This document shows positions 12,601 through 21,946 of a stretch of 64,000 nt of DNA, in pieces. The number at the start of each line of letters is the position of its first letter. Positions within the stretch are counted from its first letter, which is position 1. The position numbers and the translations under genes are program-made. Source of the DNA: an uncultured delta proteobacterium (lineage in GTDB: Bacteria; Desulfobacterota; Syntrophobacteria; Syntrophobacterales; Syntrophobacteraceae); the NCBI GenBank assembly GCA_963808625.1, contig CAWEHK010000050.1, positions 1-64,000 on the forward strand, written 5' to 3'. Under the pieces are notes generated by a model, which saw only the letters and a program-made list of their open reading frames with translations, had not been told where the DNA came from and did no database searches.

Positions 12601-13441
12601 TGTCCCGGGCGTTTTGTTCCAGGGAGCGGTGTAGCTCACCTCAAAATGGCCGATGCTATCGATTGCCTGGTCCCATGGATCGTATTCGGTCCCATCGGGC
12701 TTTTTGACGTGGAATTTTGCCGTGCTGTTCGGGGTGAAGCCGGTGCCCCACTGGACGAACGTTGTGCCCGGCGGGCCGGACATGGGGGTTTGAGCAATGG
12801 TCAAAGGACCAAAGGACCCAGATGGTCCCCCACGCACACACCGGACGAAATAGTTGTAGGTCTTATAGTTCCAACCCGCGCCGCCACCAGCTGAAATCGA
12901 CGTACCACGCGCCGTCCGGGCCGTAGGCGTCGGTACTGCCCGACCAGTAAAGGTCCGAGCGGCAGTTGGGGAAATACCGCGTATCGATCGTCGGTCCTGG
13001 ATAAGGTATCCCGTAGTTCACCAGAGAGAGCAGCTCCAGCCTGGCGGGGAGGCGCCAGTCCGAATGCCCGGCAAGGTCGAGGGCGGCACAGTAGTCCATG
13101 GCTTGCTGCCAGGTGTAATAGCCGTAGGGCCACTCAGGTCCGTTCTGGTCGTCCCCCTGCTGCCACATCAGGCCGGTGTTGAGGTCCGTCACCGTGCCGT
13201 CGCCGTTGTCCCGGTAGGCCATCGGCGGTCCCTGATATTGGGCGTCCTGACCATAAAAGGCTTCGCCCGGCTGCGGGCAGGGGATTTCCTTGGTGTTGTC
13301 GTAGCATTTCGTCTGGCCCGTGTCAGGCAGGGTGTAGGCCTGCACCTGAAGACCTGGCGTGGCTGCCAGGGCAATCAGAACAAGGAAGCCGGCTAAAATC
13401 AGGAACTTGGCCGATAGGCTGAATTGCTGTACGTTTGACAT
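9640..13441 (-). CDS. Large secreted multidomain protein (~1260 aa): signal peptide, DUF1566/Lcl, Ig-like, carboxypeptidase-regulatory-like, LCAT/PGAP1-like alpha/beta hydrolase, FN3, PKD domains; four frameshifts
   Basis: Five overlapping same-strand ORFs (12863-13501, 11983-12837, 10743-12065, 10142-10861, 9640-10218). Motifs: LPDTGQTKCY, DNGDGTVTDLNTGLMWQ, DWRLP; LLVPGIMGS, VAHSMGG, GTPNHGS, GDGTV; WLWDFGD, RFDWGDG. Confidence 0.8.
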
Positions 13442-13756
13442 ATCACTCCCTCCCCTCGTTGGAGTTATCGGTTGGCTTGAGTCTGAAGACCTGAGATTCA
13501 ATCACGTATTCACGGCGTTGCGGTTCGATTAGTGCCGTCAAAAATGTGAACGGTGTTCCGATGGAAACCAATGGTGCTAGAAGGGTATTCTCCGGATGGG
13601 GGGTTGTCAAAGAATTTTGCTGCGCTGCTGGAATTTCCAGGACGCCTCGGCCGTGTCATCAGGTGCAATCAAGAATGTTGCACTGAACGTCCGTCAAAGG
13701 GATTCTTGCTACTTGCTACTGTTACTGCCACTGCCGTCCGGGCGGGTATAAAACCC
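13399..13756. repeat. Degenerate direct repeat copy A (leader plus first codons of the secreted-protein gene)
   Basis: Aligns by eye with 14800-15180, e.g. gtttgacat, tcccctcgttggagtt, tgccgtca.aaatgtgaac, catcaggtgcaatcaag, gggcgggtata. Confidence 0.85.
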
Positions 13757-13812
13757 GCCCCTACAGCAGAGTCCGGCGTTTTTTCGTAGGGGTGAGGTTT
13801 ATCCTCACCCGC
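13738..13812. repeat. GTAG-type REP-like palindrome pair
   Basis: gggcgggtataaaacccgcccctaca ... gtaggggtgaggtttatcctcacccg; a similar unit occurs at ~6858-6878. Confidence 0.65.
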
Positions 13813-13888
13813 GCGTTCGGAGAGACATTCCAATAGTTATGACCGCACGGCCGTGGCATCACAAAGGGTGAAAGCTGACAACCCCACC

Positions 13889-13917
13889 TTGACAATACAC
13901 CGTTTATGATGTAAGCA
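13889..13917 (+). promoter_or_regulatory. Putative sigma70 promoter/operator of the TA operon
   Basis: TTGACA at 13889 followed by the imperfect palindrome TACAccgtttatgaTGTA. Confidence 0.5.
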
Positions 13918-13934
13918 AGGATCTGCTATGTGGC

Positions 13935-14303
13935 ATGTCGATTTACTATGAGACAGAGAAAGGTCAGTGCCCGGTGCAGGACTTCATCGAATCGAGGCAC
14001 AAGAAAAGAGACCAGGCAAAACTCCTCGCTCAAATCGAGGCCCTGGAACAGATGGGTCCCACCCTGCCGCGACCTTATGCTGATCTCCTCGAAGATGGTA
14101 TCCATGAGCTGAGGATTAAGCTCTCGGGCGATCAAATTAGAATTCTGTATTTCTTTTGCTTTAAGGACTTTATCATACTGACCAATGCCTTCGCCAAGAC
14201 GGCATCACGTGTTCCAAGATCCGCCATCGAAGAAGCCAGGCGTTGCAGGAAAGACTTCCTTGATAAAGTGACTGAAGAGGACTTAAGGGAGTTGGTAAAA
14301 TGA
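13935..14303 (+). CDS. Type II toxin, RelE/HigB (Gp49-like) family; true start may be 13928 with an indel
   Basis: YYETEKGQCPVQDFI...GIHELRIK...RILYFF...LTNAFAK; its stop overlaps the antitoxin start (ATGA). Confidence 0.85.
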   Translation: MSIYYETEKGQCPVQDFIESRHKKRDQAKLLAQIEALEQMGPTLPRPYADLLEDGIHELRIKLSGDQIRILYFFCFKDFIILTNAFAKTASRVPRSAIEEARRCRKDFLDKVTEEDLRELVK

Positions 14304-14575
14304 AAACGTTTAAATCACATCTACAAGAAAAACTGCAAGACCAGGAGTTTTTGACGCTGTTTGAGGAAGAAAAGGAGGTCTTCAGGATCGGTCTTCAGAT
14401 AGCTGAAGCTCGCTCAAGATCCGGCCTTAATCAAAAAGAGCTCGCCAGAGCGGCACATATCACCCAGCAACAGCTTTCTAAGATTGAGAATGGAGGCAAC
14501 TGCAACCTGGCCACTCTCTTGAAGGTCTGTCGGGCACTGGGCCTGACTTGGGAATTTACCAGAGGAAGGGTTTAG
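14300..14575 (+). CDS. Type II antitoxin, XRE HTH (HigA-like)
   Basis: GLNQKELARAAHITQQQLSKIENG HTH, immediately downstream of the toxin. Confidence 0.87.
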   Translation: MKTFKSHLQEKLQDQEFLTLFEEEKEVFRIGLQIAEARSRSGLNQKELARAAHITQQQLSKIENGGNCNLATLLKVCRALGLTWEFTRGRV

Positions 14576-14770
14576 ATGAGAGATAACGGAAACAGCCTCC
14601 TGCTTCCAATTCCTGCTGCGCCTGGTGGACTTCACTGACAAGCTTGGTCCTTCTGTACTCCAGGATGCGTCTTTGTATCACTTCGATCAGAGCTTCCTGA
14701 TCTTCGATCGAAAGTCTATCCACGGCATCCAAGACCGCAGAGAAGGATTGCAGGGTTTCCGCGGTATTTC
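14556..14770 (-). pseudogene. Truncated small antitoxin-like gene without a clear start codon or partner toxin
   Basis: FSAVLDAVDRLSIEDQEALIEVIQRRILEYRRTKLVSEVHQAQQELEAGGC resembles antitoxins found before YafQ/RelE toxins. An RBS is present but no ATG, and the C-terminus collides with the HigA-like gene. Confidence 0.5.
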
Positions 14771-14799
14771 CTCTCCTTCCAAACGTTGAAAACACGCCG

Positions 14800-15180
14800 T
14801 CAGGAACTTGCGGATAGTCTGAATCGCTGCATGTTTGACATGACACGTTCTCCCCTCGTTGGAGTTTCCAGCTGGATTGATTCAGAAAAACTGAGACTTG
14901 GCGATGGGCTCATGGCGCTACGGTTCGCTCAATGCCGTCAGAAATGTGAACTGTGTCCGATGGAGACCAATGGCACCCGAAGGATATTTTCAGGACAGAG
15001 GGTTGTCAAGGTTGGAATTTTGCAGGTGTTGGGATTCTGCAGGACAGCAATTTGGGTGGGCTGCTGAAACTTTCGAGACGCCTCACCGTTGCCATCAGGT
15101 GCAATCAAGCATCTTGGACTGAACGCCCATCAAAGGGGCTCTTTTTACTGCCATGGCCGTCGGGGCGGGTATATATACCC
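14800..15180. repeat. Degenerate direct repeat copy B (orphan leader plus truncated signal-peptide start MSNMQRFRLSA)
   Basis: Paralogous to 13399-13756; its ATG at 14841 is exactly 1400 bp from the ATG at 13441. Confidence 0.85.
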
Positions 15181-15343
15181 ACTTGCTCTCATTTCGATCC
15201 GTTTTCAAACCACGAAGGAAACAAAGAGCAAGAAGAAATCGCTCCATCTCCTTCGTCATCTTCGTGCTCTTCGTGGTAGAAGAAGGTATCTTATTCTTGG
15301 ACAATTCCTTACCTCTAAATCATCACGGGAGGAGCAGTAAGAT

Positions 15344-15766
15344 ATGAAAAACGGTGTTCTTTTCGTCTGCATTGGCAACTCGTGCCGGAGCATCATGGCG
15401 GAGGCCCTTACCAGACACTATTGGGGGAATGCGGTGCGTGCCTGCTCGGCCGGTACTTATCCACTGGGGCACATCACGGAACATACTCTCGAAGTGCTCA
15501 AAGAACGAAGGATTCCGACCGATGGGCTTTATTCTAAAGGTTTTTCGGCAATTGCTTTCAACGAGGTCCAACTCGTTGTCAGCCTCACCGGGGAATCGCT
15601 CGATCATCTCCTTCCCCGGCCATTTACCGGGGAAGTCATCCCTTGCTATGTCCACGATCCCTATGGTGAAGGTCTAAATGTCTTCAGGCAGACGCTCGAC
15701 ACCATCGAGCGCCTGGTCAGGAAGAACCTTGCCGAGTGGCTGGATGTCGACGGGAAGACGATGTAG
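15344..15766 (+). CDS. Low-molecular-weight phosphatase / thioredoxin-type arsenate reductase family protein
   Basis: P-loop VLFVCIGNSCRS, SAGT, and DPYG motif. Confidence 0.85.
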   Translation: MKNGVLFVCIGNSCRSIMAEALTRHYWGNAVRACSAGTYPLGHITEHTLEVLKERRIPTDGLYSKGFSAIAFNEVQLVVSLTGESLDHLLPRPFTGEVIPCYVHDPYGEGLNVFRQTLDTIERLVRKNLAEWLDVDGKTM

Positions 15767-15976
15767 AAGTGGTCAGCCCTAATCCACAATTTTGTAAGTA
15801 ATTGGAACTATTAATACTATGTCCGATGCCGTGACGACTTTTGCAAGAGGCTCCTGATGATTCTATTACAATATCCCGCTGCGAGGTGCTCTCGGCCCGT
15901 GAATTCCTGTCAACGATCAATCGACGTCCAATTTTTCTTCCTCAGGGGTTTTATGACGGGGACAAATGAGCGAATG

Positions 15977-17284
15977 TCAGATCACGGGGCGCAACTGACC
16001 CCACCCATGTTCGAGCATTGGGCAATGATCACAACGCAACGTTCGTGTCCTGCAAAAATCAATGCGGCAGCTGACCTTACGCCCCATAAGAGCGAGGGTG
16101 ATGCGGTCAAGACGCTCGGTAATCCTCCCTTTGATCAGGACAACATCTCCAGGACCGAGATCATTCTGAAGCACCTCGATCGCTTTGAACATGTCGCGCC
16201 CCGCCTTGACGATTGCAGAGCGCGCCATTCCTGCCGCCGTTGCCCCCGCGCTACAAGCGCTGTCACGCCGGTCACAGATGAAGATCGCTCGTGATGCAAT
16301 GGCGCCGACACGTTCACCCAGGTGCCGGTAGATTGGCCCCTGCTCTCCCGGGGGTTCAGTCACCTGACCGAGGACCACGATCCGACGTTTTGCGGGTATT
16401 TCGGCGAGTACGTCGAGCGCCGCTTCGACGGTTTCCAACGCGGATTTATAGTCATCCCGGAGAATCATTGCACCATTCGGTAATTGTACCGGTTCGAGAC
16501 GGCCGGGTGTCGGCGAAAGCGCTTCAAGGCCCGACTGGATCTGGTCGAGGCTGAAACCTTCCGCCAGTGCCACGGCAACCGCGGCCAGGATCGGGTAGAC
16601 CATGGGCCGCCCAATCAACCTGATGCGGAGGTCGCGTGTCTCGCCATCGGTGTGCAGGGTGAAGCGTGTCCCATTCGGGCCAGTCCTCAAGTGAAACGTC
16701 GCTCGCCCATACATCATTGGTTTTCTCGAACCCGAAGGTCACCACCCGTGCCTGCGTCTGCCCTCGCATCCAGCGTACGTTCGGGTCGTCGCCGTTAAGG
16801 ACCACAAGGCCCGACGGCGATACGATGCGCACCATTTCCGCCTTTTCTTTTCGGGTCATCTCCAGCGTACCGAGCGAGGTGTTGTGTTCACTCCCGATCG
16901 ACGTCACAACGGTGATGTTGGGCTGGACCATATGTGCGTAAGGCGCCATTTCGCCAGGTTTCTCGATTCCAATCTCGATCACGGCATGGCGATCGCAGGG
17001 ACGGGTACCAAGCACCGCCATGGCCACGCTGTTCAGGGCATTGCTATCCCCTCGCCAGGGAGTGGCTCCCAAGATGGTCGCCAGTGCCCTCGTTGTAGTG
17101 GTCTTTCCAAACGAACCCACAACAGCGACCACGCGGGTGCGCCTTGCGATTGTACGCCTATAGAGAATTGCCAGGCGCGACAGTACCGGCCACAGCGTCA
17201 GGTAAACGCTGGATCGTAATTGGCATCCGCCCGATCGGACTTCGCAGAAGATCCGGGATGTCAAATAACCTGTAGCGCACTCAT
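15977..17284 (-). CDS. MurF-like ATP-dependent ligase (middle and C-terminal domains) with a Cys4 C-terminal tail; frameshifted
   Basis: VVGSFGKTTT, VIEIG, LNGDDP, GRLE, ILRDDYKS, VLIKG. Tail CRIDFCRTRTLRCDHCP. ORFs 16524-17264 and 15977-16717; probable ATG at 17284 after an RBS. Confidence 0.8.
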
Positions 17285-17309
17285 CCTCACTCCGTATAAA
17301 GAAAGTCGT

Positions 17310-17579
17310 TTATCCAACAACAGGCAACCGGTCCCATCCACGCTCAAGCATAGGACAGTGGTAGCAGCTCGCAGTTTTAGTCGTGCACGTATGAATATGG
17401 CACCGGACGTTTCGCCCCGCAAGCATGAAGGTGATGCGGTCAAGCCTCAGAAACGGGCTTCCTTTGATCAGCACGAGGCCAGGACCGAGATCGCCCTGAA
17501 GTGCTTCCAGTGTCTTAAACATGCGGCTTCCTGCTTTAACGATTGCAGAGCGCGGCATTCCTGCCGTAGCTGCCCCCAC
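17310..17579 (-). pseudogene. Orphan C-terminal fragment of a paralogous MurF-like ligase
   Basis: GAATAGMPRSAIVKAG...VLIKG...RLDRIT...CHIHTCTTKTASCYHCPMLERGW parallels the C-terminus at 15977-16250. Confidence 0.75.
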
Positions 17580-17615
17580 CGATTGGTCTTCTGTTTCTCC
17601 AAGACGCTGGTAAAG

Positions 17616-19163
17616 TCAAGTCACGTCGGGTAACCCACTCTCCAATTCTTCAAAGGCAGCCAGTTTTATCAACGTCGTCTCTCCCTGTTTGGCGTTTCGC
17701 TTATCAATGTAGAGCCTACGCCAGCATTCAAAGGATTGTTGTCCCAACCCGGCCACTGATTGGGTCACCCGGCAGTAAGGCTCCAGGTTTCCTTCTTTGA
17801 AACCATCTGCCTTTTCTTTGAGGGTAATGTCGGGTTCAAGATAAAGGATCGTTAACTTTGAGGAAGACCAGTCTACGTAAGGCATTAGGCTACTGTGCAA
17901 GGCCACTGCCGTTTTCGTTTGGTTCAACTTCCATAGGCTGGGATGGCAAGCGTCATTCGTCATTCGGCGTATGAGATCTCTGATCTTGTCACCGGAATCA
18001 GACACCCGTAACGATCTGATAAATCCCGCATTGGTAAGTTCCTGAGAGCCTTCAAGAACAGTTCTTGCTCTTCGTATTCTTTTGCCGCGTTTCTGAAATC
18101 GAGCTTTATATATACAAGAACAATAGTTGATGGCCAACGGTAATTGCTGTTCACAGGCATAAAGGAGCAACAGAAGAGCGCATATTTCTGACTCATAGAT
18201 GCCCATGCCTGTGCTGCAGTCAATATGATAGTGACGCTTCAGGAGTTCCGAGCAGTTTTGGCTTTCAACAGATAGCTGATGAAGATTCAGAAAATCAACT
18301 CCCACTGATTGCATCTCCACCAAAAGACTCTTTACCAACTCAATATCTTCAGGAATAGCAGGTATTTCGACTGTTACGGTAGGGATGTAATTCTTAGCAG
18401 TGATGACGGGAGTAAGGTCATATTCTCTTGCGCTTAGATTAAACCGGATCTCATTGAGACCGACATCCCGAAGTTTCATTAGCGTTTCGCGGTCTGCCAG
18501 ATCACCATTGGTGTATATCCAAATGTATATTGACTGGCCAAACTCTGCCCGGATTGCCTTGATATGGCTCAGTAATCGTTCTTTGACAAGAAGGGGTTCT
18601 CCTCCTGAAAATCCGACACCCTTTATACGAAAAGTTTTGATGAACTCAACATGCGCTGAAGGGGTTGCGAAGATATAGCCTTCCGTTTCCGAGTTAAGCT
18701 CTGTTCTTACCGAATGGTATCGCTTGCAGAAAAAGCAGTTGCGTGTGCAGATGCGGTTGATCAGATTACAGCCCCAGTCTCCATTTTGGCAGATTTCACA
18801 CCCGGGAGAAAGTGAATTCGTGAATGGTTTACTGCCCTTGGCGCCAAATTGAGCTCGACCCGAAAGTGCATTGAGCAATCGGTTTCTTGCCACCGTCGCT
18901 GCTTCTGCTTCTTCATCGGAAAACCATGGTAGAGATGCATCCAAACCTTCCGTGCCAGAGAGTAAGCGAATGAGCCCGTGCGCCCGCCTGAGAAGCATTT
19001 GACCCACCCGGAGGACCTTTTTCTTTCCTTCACTTCCTGCCTTACTTCTCATAAATTGAAATCTGGCATATGCCCACAGCAGTGAGTAAACCGGATCAAT
19101 CTGCGTGCGGTGGATCTTGTCATGCAAGGAAAGCATCGACCGAATAGGTTCAAAGCGTGACAT
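17616..19163 (-). CDS. Radical SAM protein (uncharacterised COG2108-like family)
   Basis: LSPGCEIC, CTRNCFFC (CxxxCxxC), FSGGEPLL, YTNG, EIRFNL, TVEIPAIP, FLNLHQL. Confidence 0.88.
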   Translation of the reverse strand: MSRFEPIRSMLSLHDKIHRTQIDPVYSLLWAYARFQFMRSKAGSEGKKKVLRVGQMLLRRAHGLIRLLSGTEGLDASLPWFSDEEAEAATVARNRLLNALSGRAQFGAKGSKPFTNSLSPGCEICQNGDWGCNLINRICTRNCFFCKRYHSVRTELNSETEGYIFATPSAHVEFIKTFRIKGVGFSGGEPLLVKERLLSHIKAIRAEFGQSIYIWIYTNGDLADRETLMKLRDVGLNEIRFNLSAREYDLTPVITAKNYIPTVTVEIPAIPEDIELVKSLLVEMQSVGVDFLNLHQLSVESQNCSELLKRHYHIDCSTGMGIYESEICALLLLLYACEQQLPLAINYCSCIYKARFQKRGKRIRRARTVLEGSQELTNAGFIRSLRVSDSGDKIRDLIRRMTNDACHPSLWKLNQTKTAVALHSSLMPYVDWSSSKLTILYLEPDITLKEKADGFKEGNLEPYCRVTQSVAGLGQQSFECWRRLYIDKRNAKQGETTLIKLAAFEELESGLPDVT

Positions 19164-19295
19164 AGGATAGTTCCGTTTTCTTGGGGATTATAGGAGTTAG
19201 ACGTAAATGCACAAATTTGTCCAAATATATATTACTCCCCTAATATCATAAATATGTCCTGCGCTACATTTGTTGCATATTTACTATTGCTAAAC

Positions 19296-20064
19296 TTACT
19301 TTACCCTACGACTAATAGCATTCCAAACGTATGCCCACAAAGTTGGATGGGACCAGAGCCTCGAATGATTAAACTCTGATTGCTTTATCTGGACATGGCC
19401 ATCCAGCACCTCCGCCAGCACCCTCTTAAATACAGGCAGGCCCTCTCCGAGCGCCATCCAGTCATAGGTGATAAAGTTATCCTTTTTTGTCGGAGAAAAT
19501 GTCTTCTGCTCAAGTATCGGTCCGGTATCTATTCCTTTATCTACAAAATGTACGGTAACGCCGCATGCATTATCATTGCCGTGCACCAGCGCCCAATAGA
19601 TAGTACACAACCCTCTGAATGCTGGGGCTATACCCAGATGCAGATTCACAAATTTTGCAGGGATACTCCGAAGAACTCTTTCCGAGATAATGCGGGTCCC
19701 ATAGACCGCAACCACATCAGGATCGAGGCGCTCTAAAACGGCGATCACCTCAGTCTGAATTGATTGATTTTACTCGAATGATATCGGCCGCATCAACCGG
19801 CGTATAATCAAAATTATATGTCTCGGCGAACTCGCGCATGCGCTCACGGGAGGAACTTAAGACACGAGATGATAAATAGCTTAAAAAGATTTTGGCCGAG
19901 TACCGTGGCAAACTCCCAGACGCTTCAGCCGCTGAATAAAATGTAATGACGGCTCAGGGACTTCGACAACCATTTTTCTTATGACGAGGCCCTCTTTCAA
20001 TGCATTGTAGAGGATGTCATCGATAGTTGGCGACTCGTTACAAGACTACGGACTTACCCTTCAT
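19296..20064 (-). CDS. Formyltransferase family protein (N-terminus fragmented by several frameshifts)
   Basis: VNLHLGIAPAFRG, GVTVHFVDKGIDTG. The upstream sequence reads MKGKSVVL...ILYNAL...INSDEVIAVL across shifting frames. Confidence 0.8.
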
Positions 20065-20488
20065 TGCGTGGACACTCCCTGCGCCTGCTGCAGGCAATCC
20101 TCCAATGTAACAACCTGTTCTTCTGCCACAGAGCTGCTTTCCTGCTATTCCGGGATCTCGCTCCCTTTGGCACGAATATCCACAGCGAGGTATGCGGCCA
20201 GAGATCTTTCACCGGTAGTGCGCCCCATTTTCGCTTATGCTCTAATACCCCGTCATTGAGGTTGGGTCTGCTGCGCAGGTAGTCAATCGCCTTGATTGCA
20301 TTCTCTTGCGCCCATTGCAAGAGAAAACATTCGCACGCTGAATAAGCACCGCGCCTGAGATTATACTCGTAGTCAGGCGCTACCCCGTCGGCAAGAACCC
20401 GCACAGTATCTCTTGAACAGTTGCAGACGATCCCTGAAACAAGCCGATCTCCCTCAAACACCTCCAGGAGAAAACCCTGCCTTGCCAC
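20054..20488 (-). pseudogene. GNAT-fold acyltransferase-like C-terminal fragment
   Basis: LLQWAQENAIKAIDYLRSRPNLNDGVLEHKRKWGA resembles the end of Acetyltransf_6/FemAB-like GNAT proteins; the N-terminus is not intact. Confidence 0.5.
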
Positions 20489-20894
20489 ACCACGAACTCT
20501 TGCAGGCTCCGTAAATGGGTAGTCTCTCGATCCTTCCTTGATATCTGGACCGTGGTAAGTACTCGTAACTTACTGAAATTGTTGGGTCCAAGAAATGACA
20601 TCTCAAATTGTCCAAATGAGGAATTTCAAGCACTTAGCAGATGATACTTAAGGTCCCCGGAGAACTGACCACTCTCCAGACAGAGTTTCTCCTGCCCCTT
20701 GAAATTTTCAGACTTCAAAAGTGCAGCATGTTAAGATCATACGTGCGGGAAACGGAGTGTGGCTCCCGGTTCAAGCTTCTGGCAGGAATAGACAGAACAG
20801 GCAACTGGTGGTTTTCTCCTCTGGTCCCCCAAAAACTGTATGGCGTTCATTGATTCACACGAACGCTTAACACCGCTCGGGAAGGAGTCTTGAA

Positions 20895-21401
20895 GTGAAG
20901 TACGAGAGGCCAAACAAGGTCGAATATTATTTGGGAATTGCGGAAGCAGTAGCCAGGAGAGCCACTTGTCTACGGAGATTATTCGGTGCCGTTATTGTGA
21001 GTAACGATCAAATCATCAGTACAGGGTATGCCGGGGCTCCCAGGAAGATGAGGAACTGCATTGATATTGGCCGATGCCTTCGTCAAGAAAACGATGTGCC
21101 ACCTGGAGAGCGATACGAACTGTGTCGTTCCGTGCATGCTGAAATGAATGCAATCATTCATGCTTCACGCCTGGACATGGTCGGCGGGGATCTATACTTG
21201 GTTGGCTTTTCGGTTGATGATGGGAGTTATGTCAAAAACACCGAGCCTTGTAAGCTCTGCAAACGCATGATCATTAATTCCGGCATTTCAAGGGTATTCG
21301 TGAAACGGGGACATTCATCGGATGAAATAATGGAAATCAACGTAGAAGATTGGATTCGGAACGAGGATTCACTATTTGAAATAGCAAAAGGCTCATACTG
21401 A
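20895..21401 (+). CDS. dCMP/cytidine deaminase family protein (ComEB-like)
   Basis: RATCLRR, VHAEMNA and EPCKLC zinc motifs; RBS AAGGAG. Confidence 0.9.
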   Translation: MKYERPNKVEYYLGIAEAVARRATCLRRLFGAVIVSNDQIISTGYAGAPRKMRNCIDIGRCLRQENDVPPGERYELCRSVHAEMNAIIHASRLDMVGGDLYLVGFSVDDGSYVKNTEPCKLCKRMIINSGISRVFVKRGHSSDEIMEINVEDWIRNEDSLFEIAKGSY

Positions 21402-21946
21402 TCAACCACCAAACCATGGATATTAAGAACGGGGGGTCTTTGATTGGGGCGTCCAAAAACAGCCGCTGGAGGGCAACTTTGTTGCCCGGGATTTAGACCT
21501 CGTTCTTTCCCCCCAACGGAGGGTTTCATTCGCGTTCACCATGCATGACATCCTGATCTGGATCACGGTGCATGTCGTTTTATCCCGTTACACCTGATTG
21601 ATCTTGACCCTTCCGGTTTTCCGAGGGTTTTGTTTTGAACATCCATCTTCTGAGAAAACAAGGACGGGACCTTTGTGCAATCTTGGCATAAATGTTGTGG
21701 GCGCCTATCACACATGTCTCACGACACCGAAACCAAACTCATCCGGACAGAGGGAATGTCCGAAGGCGGCGGTTTCGATGCCTGGGAGACGCAATACCGT
21801 TCCCGGCAAGGGCTCGATGGACGGCATCCGTTACCGTGCATGTAGGCGAAGGGGAACCAGGTTGCAGGCCTTGGACGGTAGGCATTTCTCTCGACAAGTT
21901 GCGGAAGGATCATGATTTGCGAGAGCACCAGCAGGATGCAAAAAGA

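Noticed and set aside
20895..21401. Anti-phage dCTP deaminase (AvcD-like)
   Set aside because: Only 168 aa with no N-terminal P-loop kinase domain; it fits an ordinary dCMP deaminase.
21420..21940. Riboswitch or ncRNA in the long intergenic region
   Set aside because: No recognisable consensus (c-di-GMP, TPP, SAM, cobalamin) by eye; an Rfam cmscan would be needed.
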